64,000 nt of DNA from a virus, in the UHGV virus genome UHGV-0134778. One strand, written 5' to 3'. Positions within the stretch are counted from its first letter, which is position 1, and every line of letters begins with the position of its first letter. The position numbers and the translations under genes are program-made. Positions 1 through 9,750 of this stretch are shown piece after piece. Below the pieces are notes generated by a model. The model was given only the letters and a program-made list of their open reading frames with translations. It ran no database searches and was not told the origin of the DNA.

Positions 1-114
1 TGCCTCTAGGATCACCCAAGACATGTGCTCTGATATGTTTAACAGATACCTTGCATTTAAGGCCAACATAAACCCAGACGAAATTTCCAAAATTAAAACA
101 AGGAGAGCTAAATA

Positions 115-1098
115 ATGCTAAAACTGTGCACTGCAAAGATTATTGCCGACAGTATTTCCGAGAAAGGTAAGCGTATCACCACTTTTGAGCTAGAGTATCC
201 TCGAATTATTCACTCAGAGCTTATGACACATCGAGTGTTCAGCCGAAACGCCATGTCTTCTCGCGCAGTTCCTGTCGGTAAGATGCTGCAGCAGATCGTG
301 GAGAATCCGGCAATGCCAGTTCGCTTCGGTGTAAATAAGCGAGGGATGGAAGATGGTGGGGAACACGATCAAAAGATCCGTGTAGAGTACACTGACATGG
401 AGCTAACCCCTGAAGAGTTTTGGAAAGAAGCTGCAAAAAACGCCGCTTGGCATGCAGAGAAGTTCGCCCTTGCTGGTTACCATAAACAAGTATGTAACCG
501 CTTAGTGGAGCCGTTTCAGCGCATGAAAACAGTTGTAACAAGCACAGAGTGGAATAATTTTTTCCATCTCCGTTGCTGGCACGATGCGGATCCTACGATT
601 CAGATGTTGGCTAATTGTATGTGGGAAGCTCTTGTGAATAGCACTCCTGAAATCCTTAAACCAGGTCAATGGCACACTCCATATGTAGAGCACGTTTATT
701 TGGACGGAGAGTTTAACTACGCTGTACGTGACACAGAAGGGAAGCTATGCATTCTCGATACTAAAGAAGCCCTATCTATTAGTGCTAGTTGCTGTGCACA
801 AGTATCTTATCGAAATATTGACAGCACGTTTGAAAAGGCAGACAGTGTGGCTAAAAAATTGATTGGCGGGGATCGTATTCATGCAAGCCCTTACGAGCAC
901 CAGGCAACACCTATGGATCACGATAACGCAATGGAACGTTTAAACTACTACCTGTCTTCATGTGAAATCACACAGGACAGCTGTGTTTGGCAGGAAGGTG
1001 TAACCCATCAAGACCGTGATGGTAAATTCTGGTCTGCCAACTTTTGTGGGTGGGTTCAGCACAGACAGCTGCTTAATAACCACTTCATGAAAGGTTAA
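115..1098 (+). CDS. thyX: FAD-dependent thymidylate synthase, ThyX family (327 aa)
   Basis: ThyX-like signature THRVFSRNAMSSR (cf. RHRxxSxxxxSxR) and a later NFFHLRxxxxA motif; AGGAGA about 8 nt upstream of ATG. Confidence 0.7.
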   Translation: MLKLCTAKIIADSISEKGKRITTFELEYPRIIHSELMTHRVFSRNAMSSRAVPVGKMLQQIVENPAMPVRFGVNKRGMEDGGEHDQKIRVEYTDMELTPEEFWKEAAKNAAWHAEKFALAGYHKQVCNRLVEPFQRMKTVVTSTEWNNFFHLRCWHDADPTIQMLANCMWEALVNSTPEILKPGQWHTPYVEHVYLDGEFNYAVRDTEGKLCILDTKEALSISASCCAQVSYRNIDSTFEKADSVAKKLIGGDRIHASPYEHQATPMDHDNAMERLNYYLSSCEITQDSCVWQEGVTHQDRDGKFWSANFCGWVQHRQLLNNHFMKG

Positions 1099-1127
1099 TC
1101 CTATCACAGCGATAGGTAACTTTTGTG

Positions 1128-1156
1128 TTGACTAATAGTATTAGATAATCTATAAT
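1128..1156 (+). promoter_or_regulatory. sigma70-like promoter, TTGACT-N17-TATAAT
   Basis: Read directly: -35 TTGACT at 1128-1133, 17-nt spacer, -10 TATAAT at 1151-1156; followed by a 5' stem-loop GGCTCAC/GTGAGCC at 1161-1181. Confidence 0.6.
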
Positions 1157-1196
1157 AATGGCTCACTTTGTTGGTGAGCCAGAAATGGAGACAGGT

Positions 1197-1658
1197 ATGA
1201 GTAATGTTATGATTCCTAAAAAGACATTTATTTCAGTTACTTTAGATTTCCTATCTACTGTTCCCGGATTTAACGTTCGCACACGAAACGGTCTCCGAGC
1301 TGCACTCTTTGCTGTAGGGTTTGATTTAAAAAATATTGATGTTCTTCGTGGAAAAAACGTTCGATGCAAAAATAAGCCAACACATTATAGAAAGGCAGAT
1401 GTATTTGCTGGTGTCATGCGTGCAGACTTTAGATACCCGCAAATGTATAACGGTGTAGATATTTTAGATGTAGATAAAGCACCCGATGAGGCAATGCTTG
1501 TTCAAGATCTTCCCTATGATATCCCTGTAGAAGATCGTGTTAATGTAAGAAAGTATACAAAACAATCTGAAAAGGCTGAAGATATTCATATTGTTGATGA
1601 ACCTTTCAATTTTGAAGATCTGCATCGCCTGGAAAAATTATTCGGTATTGAAAGCTAA
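1197..1658 (+). CDS. hypothetical protein (track ORF 1158..1658; start moved to internal ATG)
   Basis: Track ATG at 1158 lies upstream of the predicted transcription start; ATG at 1197 has GGAGACAGG RBS. Confidence 0.5.
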   Translation: MSNVMIPKKTFISVTLDFLSTVPGFNVRTRNGLRAALFAVGFDLKNIDVLRGKNVRCKNKPTHYRKADVFAGVMRADFRYPQMYNGVDILDVDKAPDEAMLVQDLPYDIPVEDRVNVRKYTKQSEKAEDIHIVDEPFNFEDLHRLEKLFGIES

Positions 1659-1668
1659 GGTGGTGAAG

Positions 1669-1899
1669 ATGAGTCATAACTCCAAGTGGAAGGATCTTGG
1701 TTTTGCAAGTCGGGCAGAATATGTTGGTTGGCTTTGGTTCAACGGTCTGACAAACGATATTAAAATGTATGATGATGTTTACTATGACGAGTATACAGGT
1801 AAAATTATAAATATCTCTGTAGAAGAGGATACCTTTGTCCAGCAAGATACTGATACCTGCCTTGATAAATACGTTGATGAAGTGGAGGAAGCAAATTGA
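1669..1899 (+). CDS. hypothetical protein (77 aa; trimmed from track ORF 1591..1899)
   Basis: ATG at 1669 preceded by AAGGTGG; stop overlaps nrdA start. Confidence 0.5.
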   Translation: MSHNSKWKDLGFASRAEYVGWLWFNGLTNDIKMYDDVYYDEYTGKIINISVEEDTFVQQDTDTCLDKYVDEVEEAN

Positions 1900-4211
1900 T
1901 CACCAAGGTAATTAAAAGCAACGGATGTGAAGTGGCATTCGATCCAGAACGTTTAAATAAGGCGGCTATTTTCGGTGACGACGGTAACGGCAATTGGTCA
2001 CATATTGCACTGGATGCATACAAGCGGCTGTATGATGGATGTACAACCAAAGAAGTTAACCAAGCTATTATAGACTCTTGTGTTAGCCGTAAAGACGAAG
2101 CACATTCCCGTATGGCTGGTCGTGTTCTTATTGGTCAGATTTATAAAGAGGCTTTTGGAGGGTTTACAAAGATCCCTTCCTTACCATCATTTTACAATAC
2201 CATGGTTGAGAAAGGGTATTGGGAGGATATGGGTTATAGCTTTACCGAGCTAAACACTTTAGACGCTGTTATTGACCACAGTAAAGATCTCGGTTATGGC
2301 TATGCAGTCCTTAAACAGTTTCGAGACAAATACGGGATCAAGGATACTCTTAAAGACACCCTGTTCGAATCTCCACAGATGATGTTTATGGGGATAGCGA
2401 TGGCTGTCATGAAAAATATGCCGAAAGAACGCCGTATTGACGATGTTGTAAAATTATACACTTATCTGTCAGACTTAAAGATCAATGCCCCGACACCGTA
2501 CTTAAACGGGCTGCGCACAGGCAAGACAGGGTATGCATCTTGTTGTGTAATAAAAGCTGACGATACAGCAAAATCTATTGGTGTGGCACGTGAAGTTGCA
2601 TACACAATGACGGTTAACCAAGCAGGTATTGGCTACTATTTATCATCAAGATCTGCAGGTGATGGTGTTCGTGGTAACACTATTAAACATATGGGCAAGA
2701 TTCCATATTATCGAGGTATTGATGCTGGGGTTAAGGAGAACAGACAACAATCACGTGGCGGTTCTGCAACAGTATCATTCCTTGCACTGGACCCGCAGAT
2801 TGATGAGCTAATCCGTTTGAGAAACCCTATGACTGTTGCTTCAAAAAGAATCAACACCATGGACTACTCTATAGGTATTAATAGGTCGTTTATCAACCGT
2901 GTGGCTAAAAATTTAGATTGGATGCTTGTTTCTTATAAGCACGCGCCTCAACTGCATGAAGGTATCTTCACCATGTCTATGGAGGAGTTTGATGCCGAGG
3001 TTGATCGTATCGCTAAAGATGACAGTATTCCTAAAACATGGATCCGAGCTAGAGATCTTGCTGTTGAGCTGATCACGCAGCGCACCGAGGTTGGAAGGTT
3101 GTACGTATACTGGACAGATGAGATGAATAGACATACACCTTTTAAAGATGTGATCTATTCAAGTAACCTGTGTGCAGAAATAGCCCTCCCGACAAAAGGC
3201 TATTCAGATATGCGTAATATCTTCAAGTACGATGTTGATGATGGCGAAGTTGCATTGTGCTTCCTGTCATCTCTTGTAGCTGGAAGGGTTACCCCAGAGG
3301 AGTATGAGGATGTTGCATACTACACGGTGCTTATGATTGACAATGTTATGGAAATCATGACATATCCGTATGAAAATATGGAGAGCACTGTTAAAAAACG
3401 CAGATCCATCGGGGTTGGCCTTACCAATGTTGCACATTTTATTGCCAGCCACAAGGTTGCTTACGGGTCTCCTGAAAGTAAACAGCTTGTTCACGATCTT
3501 GCAGAGCTCCACAGCTACAGCTTGCATAAGGCAAGTTTACGATTGGCAAAAGAGCGGGGTGTCTGTGAGTGGATGCATAAAACAAAATACCCGGAGGGTT
3601 GGTTACCAATCGACACTTATAACAAAGAGGTCGATAGTGTGGTGAAAGATCCTTCTCTTAAGCAGGATTGGGAAGGGTTACGTAAAGAAATCATTGAAAA
3701 TGGTGGGCTACGTAATAGCGTTCTTGAAGCATATATGCCTAATGAAAGCTCTTCGCTGGCAACAAACACCACTAACGGGGTTTATCCTGTCCGTGAGCAC
3801 ATTATCTTTAAAAAGTCGCCACAAGGGCAGGTGCTGTTTATCGTTCCTGAATATGATGAACTGAAAGAGTATTATACCTCGGCTTGGGACGTTGATACTA
3901 ACGACATGATTGATATGTATGCTGTGATTCAAAAATTCACAGGACAGGCAATTAGTGCTGACCTATATATTGATTACACCAAGTTGAAAGATGGTAAAAT
4001 TTCAATGAAGGAGCAGCTGGGGTATCTTATCCGTGCTACTAAATTCGGGATGAAGACATGGTATTACTTAAACTCTCGGGTTGGTGCTGGTGACTCTTTG
4101 ACAGAGGAGCTCCACGCGAAGAAACAGGCTGAAGATGAAACCAGAAAGAACTATCCTTTGATTGCAGATAGTTCAGTTGAAGATCCATATTGCGAAAGTT
4201 GTGCACTGTAA
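1896..4211 (+). CDS. nrdA: ribonucleoside-diphosphate reductase large subunit, class I (771 aa)
   Basis: N-terminal ATP-cone (VIKSNGCEVAFDPERLNKA), NLCAEIALPT active-site motif, C-terminal CESC pair; TTG start with GGAGGA RBS. Confidence 0.9.
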   Translation: MITKVIKSNGCEVAFDPERLNKAAIFGDDGNGNWSHIALDAYKRLYDGCTTKEVNQAIIDSCVSRKDEAHSRMAGRVLIGQIYKEAFGGFTKIPSLPSFYNTMVEKGYWEDMGYSFTELNTLDAVIDHSKDLGYGYAVLKQFRDKYGIKDTLKDTLFESPQMMFMGIAMAVMKNMPKERRIDDVVKLYTYLSDLKINAPTPYLNGLRTGKTGYASCCVIKADDTAKSIGVAREVAYTMTVNQAGIGYYLSSRSAGDGVRGNTIKHMGKIPYYRGIDAGVKENRQQSRGGSATVSFLALDPQIDELIRLRNPMTVASKRINTMDYSIGINRSFINRVAKNLDWMLVSYKHAPQLHEGIFTMSMEEFDAEVDRIAKDDSIPKTWIRARDLAVELITQRTEVGRLYVYWTDEMNRHTPFKDVIYSSNLCAEIALPTKGYSDMRNIFKYDVDDGEVALCFLSSLVAGRVTPEEYEDVAYYTVLMIDNVMEIMTYPYENMESTVKKRRSIGVGLTNVAHFIASHKVAYGSPESKQLVHDLAELHSYSLHKASLRLAKERGVCEWMHKTKYPEGWLPIDTYNKEVDSVVKDPSLKQDWEGLRKEIIENGGLRNSVLEAYMPNESSSLATNTTNGVYPVREHIIFKKSPQGQVLFIVPEYDELKEYYTSAWDVDTNDMIDMYAVIQKFTGQAISADLYIDYTKLKDGKISMKEQLGYLIRATKFGMKTWYYLNSRVGAGDSLTEELHAKKQAEDETRKNYPLIADSSVEDPYCESCAL

Positions 4212-4215
4212 TTTA

Positions 4216-4238
4216 AAAAGGGGCTTCGGCCCCATTTT
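4216..4238 (+). terminator. intrinsic terminator/attenuator between nrdA and nrdB
   Basis: GGGGC-TTCG-GCCCC hairpin followed by ATTTT. Confidence 0.5.
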
Positions 4239-4250
4239 AGAGGTAGAATA

Positions 4251-5339
4251 ATGGCTGTATTTAATACTGAGAACACTGCTCATAAAACTGGTGATTATCC
4301 GCTGTTTTTAGGACAGCAGATGGGGATGTACGACTCTATTAACAAAAAGTACCCACAGCTGTTTGAACTATACAAAAAACAAAAAGAACAAGATTGGGCA
4401 GAGGACGAAGTAGATTTGTCACAGTCTATTTCGGATTTCGTAACATGCTCAAAGTCAACTTACGATGTGATGGTGCAGACACTTATGTGGCAATGGGAGG
4501 CAGACAGTGTTGCAGCAAGATCTATCATTTGTCTGTTTTCACCATTTATCACCAATAGTGAACTTTTCACCTTGTTGATGAAGCAGTCTGAGATTGAGGT
4601 TCTTCATGCATTAACTTACTCAGAGATTGTTAGACAATGCCTTCCTAATGCTCGTGAGATTATAGAAGAGATTCAGGAAAACCAGAACGTGCTGAGCAGA
4701 TCTGGAGTTATTGTCAAATATATGCAAGAGCTTGAGGTTATTGGTGCAAAATACCGACTGGATCCTTCCAGTGTTGAAGAGGATGTTGTACGGAAATGTA
4801 TCCTTAGAGCACTTTTTGCACTTTTAGCTCTAGAAAGTATTGAGTTTATTGCAAGTTTTGCATGTACGTTCGCAGTAGCTGAGCAAGGTATTTTTGTTCA
4901 AGTTGCACAACTCGTTCAAAAAATTATGCTTGATGAAATGCTGCATTCGAAAGGCGATTTTGCTATCATCGATATCCTGGTTGATGATCCTGCATGGGAG
5001 CAAAGCTTTCTTGAGATTAAGGGTGAGTTAAAAGAAATTCTTGACGAAGTGCGAATCAAGGAGTACGGTTGGAGTGACTATATTTTCAGCGAAGGAAGAG
5101 CAATTATAGGTCTTAACTCACCATTACTTAAAGAATGGGTTGACTATAACTGCTCACCGATTTATGATTACTACAACATCGACAAAGACTTTGTGCCGCC
5201 AACAAAGGACCCGTTACCGTTTATGCAGGTGTGGATGAAACCTTCACTGCAACAGACGGCTAACCAGGAAATGTCTAACACCGACTACCGCGTCAACACA
5301 ACTGTTAATGACGCTGAAGAAGAAATTTGGGAGTTTTAA
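4251..5339 (+). CDS. nrdB: ribonucleotide reductase small subunit, class I (362 aa)
   Basis: Di-iron ligand motifs EIEVLHALTYSE and DEMLHS; immediately after nrdA. Confidence 0.8.
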   Translation: MAVFNTENTAHKTGDYPLFLGQQMGMYDSINKKYPQLFELYKKQKEQDWAEDEVDLSQSISDFVTCSKSTYDVMVQTLMWQWEADSVAARSIICLFSPFITNSELFTLLMKQSEIEVLHALTYSEIVRQCLPNAREIIEEIQENQNVLSRSGVIVKYMQELEVIGAKYRLDPSSVEEDVVRKCILRALFALLALESIEFIASFACTFAVAEQGIFVQVAQLVQKIMLDEMLHSKGDFAIIDILVDDPAWEQSFLEIKGELKEILDEVRIKEYGWSDYIFSEGRAIIGLNSPLLKEWVDYNCSPIYDYYNIDKDFVPPTKDPLPFMQVWMKPSLQQTANQEMSNTDYRVNTTVNDAEEEIWEF

Positions 5340-5342
5340 TAT

Positions 5343-5621
5343 ATGAGTTGTGAAAAATCTTTTTTCATTATCATCTACGGTAAGGATAACTGCCCACATT
5401 GTGTAAGAGCAAAAGAATTTGCAGTAAGCAAAGGTATACCTTTCGTATACAAGACGCTCGGTGAAGGATACACAAAAGAAGAGCTTATTGAGAAGTGTAG
5501 TCCATTTGTTCCCAGAACGTTGCCTCAGATCTTCTTGGAAAGCAACCTTGATAGTGTCCACATAGGTGGTGCTGACGATTTCATCTCTTTTGTTAAGAAT
5601 GGTCTTGGAGAGAAAAAGTGA
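5343..5621 (+). CDS. glutaredoxin/thioredoxin-like redoxin, T4 NrdC-like (92 aa)
   Basis: CPHC active-site motif in a thioredoxin-fold-sized protein; position between nrdB and nrdD. Confidence 0.7.
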   Translation: MSCEKSFFIIIYGKDNCPHCVRAKEFAVSKGIPFVYKTLGEGYTKEELIEKCSPFVPRTLPQIFLESNLDSVHIGGADDFISFVKNGLGEKK

Positions 5622-6478
5622 AAGTTGTAAAACGGGACGGCAGAGAAGAGGTCTATAACGGAGTTAAGGTAATCAAGGCGGCAGAGTCCGCCTTACTTGA
5701 GTCTGGGCATACTGAAGAAGAAGCTTACCGGATCGCTTGTGCGGTTAATGAAGTTGTTGCCAACAATCTACCAACCGACCAGTGCACGATCTCTGTAAAA
5801 AATATCCATATCCTTGTTGAAGATGCTCTTATGGATATGGGTTTAAAATGTGCAGCCAGAGAATATATCCAGTATAGACAGACAAGAGATAATAACAGAG
5901 AGGCAGGTGGAAAACTGCTTGCAGATATTAGTGGCTTCTTGGATCGAACTTGTGATGAATTTACAAAAGAAAACGCAAATAAGCCCACTAATCATGTACA
6001 TACTCATCGTGACCTGCTTGCAGGTATCCTTAGCAAACACCTTGCATCAACACAGATACTGCCAGATCGTGTCTCCGAAGAGCACAACAAGGGATTCATC
6101 CATGTGCATGATCTTGACTATCTGATCAGTCCGTTAACAAACTGCTGTTTGGTGAATTATCCGGATATGCTGGAAAACGGATTCAACATTGGCAACGCCC
6201 ATGTCAGTAAGCCGAAGTCAATAGGGGTTGCAACAACAATCCTCAGCCAAATCTCTAGTGCAGTAGCTAGTGCTCAATATGGTGGTCAGACCATGAGCCA
6301 TATTGATCATTATCTGGCGCAGTATGCTGAAGCAACCTATGAGAAGAATCTTAAATTTTGTCAGGAACATTGGTTGCCAGATGCTGAGACTGTTGCAATG
6401 CAAATGACAGATAAAGACGTGTTTGATAGTATGCAAACTTTGCTCTACCAAATCAATACGTTAACTTCTGTCAACGGT
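5618..6478 (+). CDS. nrdD: anaerobic ribonucleotide reductase NrdD, exon 1
   Basis: ATP-cone N-terminus (KVVKRDGREEVYNGVKV); frame ends ...SVNG then TAA, which is the first codon of the intron; exon end CAACGGT pairs with intron GCCGTTG (P1, U.G at splice site). Confidence 0.8.
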
Positions 6479-7276
6479 TAACAAACTGGCCGTTGTAAAA
6501 CTCTCCTAACCTCATAAGAGGGGTCGGTAAATCCGGCTAACGGGGAACGCTAAGGCGAAAGCTATGCCAATCCCGTGACTAGTTCTTACAGGAGTTGGAA
6601 CGGTTGTAACGACTAACGAAAGGCAGAGATGCTTGACAAACATTTCTGAACCGAGTAGTGTAGGGGTTAGTTGAAATACTAACTTCGAAATGGAGAGACT
6701 CTATGAAAAAGATCATTCTTAATGGTGAAGAATCGAACTACGTGATTGATGAGGTTGGAAACGTATACGGAAAACGTGGAATGCTGCACCCCATATTGTG
6801 GGGAGGTTATGGAAAAGGTAACAAGCATGTCAAACGCCGCTATATGTATTCTTTCAACCACAAAGGTAAGAAGATTCGAATCCAAACTTCAAGGGTTGTT
6901 GCCTTGTATTGTTTGCCAGATGTCCCAGAAGACCCTGAAAACTGGGAAGTGAATCATAAAGATGGCAATACATTGAATGATCATCCGTCTAACCTGGAGT
7001 GGGTTTTGCCGGAAGATAATAAGAGACATGCTTTCCGAACAGGGCTTTGTCCAGGCAAGTGCTACAGGAAAGTGCAGGCATACCGAGGGAAAACCTTGGT
7101 GGGTGAATATCCTTCACTCTATGCCTGTGCAAAAGCCTTAAATTTGAACGTAGGGAACGTCCATAGGGCTATCGAAGGAAATGCCGAAGGTAAGCATCTC
7201 ACAATAAAGGGTTATTATCTTATTGAAGTAGAGTAAGAGATAGTCTGGCCCTGTGGAAACACAGGGGTGGAGACAG
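6479..7276 (+). mobile_element. group I self-splicing intron in nrdD (798 nt) carrying a homing endonuclease gene
   Basis: P1 pairing with U.G at 6478; intron begins with in-frame TAA; R/S-like P7 strands (GACTAG about 6576 and ATAGTCT about 7240); P9 hairpin CCCTGTG-GAAA-CACAGGG; terminal G at 7276; exon 2 begins CAG complementary to CUG 5' of the guide sequence (P10); length multiple of 3 so exons are co-frame. Confidence 0.75.
6703..7236 (+). CDS. HNH homing endonuclease, intron-encoded (177 aa)
   Basis: HNH motif EVNHKDGNTLNDHPSNLEWVLPEDNKRHA; lies wholly within the nrdD intron. Confidence 0.8.
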   Translation: MKKIILNGEESNYVIDEVGNVYGKRGMLHPILWGGYGKGNKHVKRRYMYSFNHKGKKIRIQTSRVVALYCLPDVPEDPENWEVNHKDGNTLNDHPSNLEWVLPEDNKRHAFRTGLCPGKCYRKVQAYRGKTLVGEYPSLYACAKALNLNVGNVHRAIEGNAEGKHLTIKGYYLIEVE

Positions 7277-8539
7277 CAGACTCCATTCATCACATTAAGT
7301 TTAGGACTGGATACCTCAATCTTTGGTAGAATGATTACCAAAAACTACCTGAAAGTCCACAAAATGGGTCTTGGTGAAGAACGTATCACACCTGTGTTCC
7401 CTAAGGTGTTGTTCTTCCTGGAGGAGGGTATCAACATGAACCCCGAGGATCCTAACTATGATTTGAAACGATTAGCTCTGGAATGCTCTGCAGAGCGGAT
7501 TTATCCTGACTTCGTATCTGTACCACTAAATAGAAAAGTGACAGGTTCAACAGAAGGTAATGTCACAAGCATGGGTTGCCGGAGTTTTCTTAGCAAATAC
7601 AATGACTTGGAAACAGGAGAGGAGAAATACCTTGGCAGATTTAACTTAGGTGTTGTTAGCCTTAACCTACCAATGATTGCAGCCAAAGCTAAAACGGAAG
7701 GTGTTGATTTCTTTGCAGTTCTTGACGAGTACTTGGATCTGGCCTACGAGGCTCACCTTGTAAGGGTTAACCGTCTAAAAGGAACAAAGGCAGGGCAGAA
7801 CCCCATCATGTGGTGTGAAGGAGCCCTTGCTCGCCTGGATCCTGAAGAGAGTATTGATAAACTTTTCTATGACGGGTATGCTTCCATAAGTATTGGATAT
7901 ATTGGTGTGTATGAAACCTGCCAGATTTTAGGCAGAGAGGGAGACAAGTCCTTAGCTCTTGGGATCCTTCAGCACATGAAAGACGCTTGTGATCGGTACA
8001 AAAAAGAAAGTGGTCTGGCATTCAGCTTGTACGGCACTCCTTCAGAGAGCTTGTGCTATAAGGCTGCAACATGTCTAGATCGTGAATATCCTGAAGTGTT
8101 GAAGCACGAGCACGAATACCTTACCAACAGTTTCCACCAGCCCGTGTGGATCAATAGTTCACCTTTTGACAAGTGGAAGTATGAGGAAGGTTTTGCTATG
8201 ATCTCTTCTGGCGGCAACATTGGATACATAGAAACACCTAACCTGAAAAACAACCCGGATGCTTTGGAAGCCCTTGTCGATTTCGGGTATAAACACATTA
8301 TGTATTTTGGTATTAACCAACCTGTGGATAAATGCCTTAAGTGTGGATTCTCTGGTGAGTTCAGTGCAACAGCTAAAGGCTTTGTATGCCCAGAGTGTGG
8401 AAACCATGAAGAAGGAACGATCAGCGTGATTAGACGTGTATCTGGGTATTTGTCTAGTCCAAACTCCCGTCCTTACAACAAAGGTAAGCAAGCGGAAGTT
8501 ATAGAACGGGTTAAGCACTACGGAAGTTGTGGTTGCTGA
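7277..8539 (+). CDS. nrdD: anaerobic ribonucleotide reductase NrdD, exon 2
   Basis: Glycyl-radical motif RRVSGYL near C-terminus preceded by CLKCG...CPECG zinc ribbon; the track's METQGW N-terminus (GTG at 7253) is intronic. Confidence 0.8.
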   Translation, partial: QTPFITLSLGLDTSIFGRMITKNYLKVHKMGLGEERITPVFPKVLFFLEEGINMNPEDPNYDLKRLALECSAERIYPDFVSVPLNRKVTGSTEGNVTSMGCRSFLSKYNDLETGEEKYLGRFNLGVVSLNLPMIAAKAKTEGVDFFAVLDEYLDLAYEAHLVRVNRLKGTKAGQNPIMWCEGALARLDPEESIDKLFYDGYASISIGYIGVYETCQILGREGDKSLALGILQHMKDACDRYKKESGLAFSLYGTPSESLCYKAATCLDREYPEVLKHEHEYLTNSFHQPVWINSSPFDKWKYEEGFAMISSGGNIGYIETPNLKNNPDALEALVDFGYKHIMYFGINQPVDKCLKCGFSGEFSATAKGFVCPECGNHEEGTISVIRRVSGYLSSPNSRPYNKGKQAEVIERVKHYGSCGC

Positions 8540-8602
8540 TACTTGACAAAAGCCACAAGGATGTGGCATATTGTTATCACACAGTAAACTAGGAGGTGCA
8601 GT

Positions 8603-8719
8603 ATGTCTACAGGTATTTATAAAATTTGCAAGTGCGGTTGTCATTGCAATCTTCGTTGGTGTAAGGCACTGGACGATTTTATTTGGCATTGTCCTAAATG
8701 CGATGCGGAGTACTTATGA
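8603..8719 (+). CDS. small Cys-rich zinc-ribbon-like protein (38 aa), below track cutoff
   Basis: AGGAGG 6 nt upstream of ATG; MSTGIYKICKCGCHCNLRWCKALDDFIWHCPKCDAEYL; stop overlaps nrdG start (ATGA). Confidence 0.45.
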   Translation: MSTGIYKICKCGCHCNLRWCKALDDFIWHCPKCDAEYL

Positions 8720-9189
8720 ATATTGTCGGATACACAGAAATATCCTACACCGAAGGGCCGGGTCTCAGGACGGCCTTGTGGGTATCTGGGTGCCCACACG
8801 CTTGTCCTGGTTGCTTTAATCAAGCATTTTGGTCAAAAGATAAGGGAAGAGAATTCACCGAAGAAGATTTGCAGAGAATTTTGTCAGATTTAGACAATGA
8901 ATCTATATGCGGTATTTCTTTGCTTGGTGGAGAACCTTTGGCTACGTATAATGAGCCCGGTATTATTAAACTTATGAGGAGAATTAAGGAAAAGTTTGGT
9001 GACAAGAAAACTATTCTTGTGTATACTGGGTTCACATTTGAGCATATCTCTAGTGATGTTCTTGAGCTGGCTGATATCATCATTGATGGCAAGTATGTAA
9101 AAGATTTACCAACAAAGAAACCATTCCGAGGCAGCGATAACCAAAGAATGTTTAAAAAGGTAGCAGGCGGTTGGGTTCAGGTTGACTAG
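8716..9189 (+). CDS. nrdG: anaerobic ribonucleotide reductase activating protein, radical SAM
   Basis: CPHACPGC (CxxxCxxC) radical-SAM cluster motif; GGAG RBS before ATG at 8716 (track ORF starts at 8698). Confidence 0.8.
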   Translation: MNIVGYTEISYTEGPGLRTALWVSGCPHACPGCFNQAFWSKDKGREFTEEDLQRILSDLDNESICGISLLGGEPLATYNEPGIIKLMRRIKEKFGDKKTILVYTGFTFEHISSDVLELADIIIDGKYVKDLPTKKPFRGSDNQRMFKKVAGGWVQVD

Positions 9190-9192
9190 TCG

Positions 9193-9222
9193 TTGACAAA
9201 GCTTTGGTAAGTTGGTTATAAT
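9193..9222 (+). promoter_or_regulatory. sigma70-like promoter
   Basis: TTGACA 9193-9198, 18-nt spacer, TATAAT 9217-9222. Confidence 0.55.
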
Positions 9223-9251
9223 TATCGTAATGAAAGCAGAGGAGGTGCCAA

Positions 9252-9364
9252 ATGGCTAAAAAAGCCTTGAAGAAGGCGTACAAGAAAGAGATTGCGCTTG
9301 AGCTTAAGAAAAAACACAAGCGTGAAAAGAAATGTCATGAAGATGAAGAGGGGGTGCAACAGTG
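9252..9364 (+). CDS. small highly basic protein (about 37 aa), below track cutoff
   Basis: GAGGAGG RBS then ATG; MAKKALKKAYKKEIALELKKKHKREKK...; end coordinate approximate. Confidence 0.35.
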
Positions 9365-9712
9365 ACACAAGAGCGTATTGATTTAGCCAGTAAGTTTGTA
9401 GATCTCATTTTGCCACGGTTGGTTACTCAACATGCAGACGCTATTTCTACCAATCTTGATGGCTTACGCCTAATGCTGAACCGAACAGATGATCCACGTA
9501 TTCGGGCCGATTTAGAGGCCTCTGCCAACAAACTGGAAAAGTTCTTGCAAGTAGATACGCAAGAAGCCTTGCACAAGATTATGGTGGAAGGTTTCTCTAA
9601 AGAATTCACCGTTAAAGAGCTTAAGGAGCTGATCCGCCAAGAAGAGATGAATATCCGAGTTCAGGCTGTTGCAAGCAGCATGGAAGCGGCTATTGAAAAA
9701 CTGTTGCAGTAG
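9362..9712 (+). CDS. hypothetical protein (116 aa)
   Basis: Co-oriented ORF; GTG start per track. Confidence 0.5.
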   Translation: MTQERIDLASKFVDLILPRLVTQHADAISTNLDGLRLMLNRTDDPRIRADLEASANKLEKFLQVDTQEALHKIMVEGFSKEFTVKELKELIRQEEMNIRVQAVASSMEAAIEKLLQ

Positions 9713-9750
9713 AAGTTCTTGACACATCTCAATCTGAAAGGAGTCCCAAC

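Noticed and set aside
7253-7276. N-terminus METQGW of track ORF 7253..8539 as a real gene start
   Set aside because: It lies inside the intron 3' end (P9 hairpin); the NrdD sequence resumes at 7277 after the terminal G.
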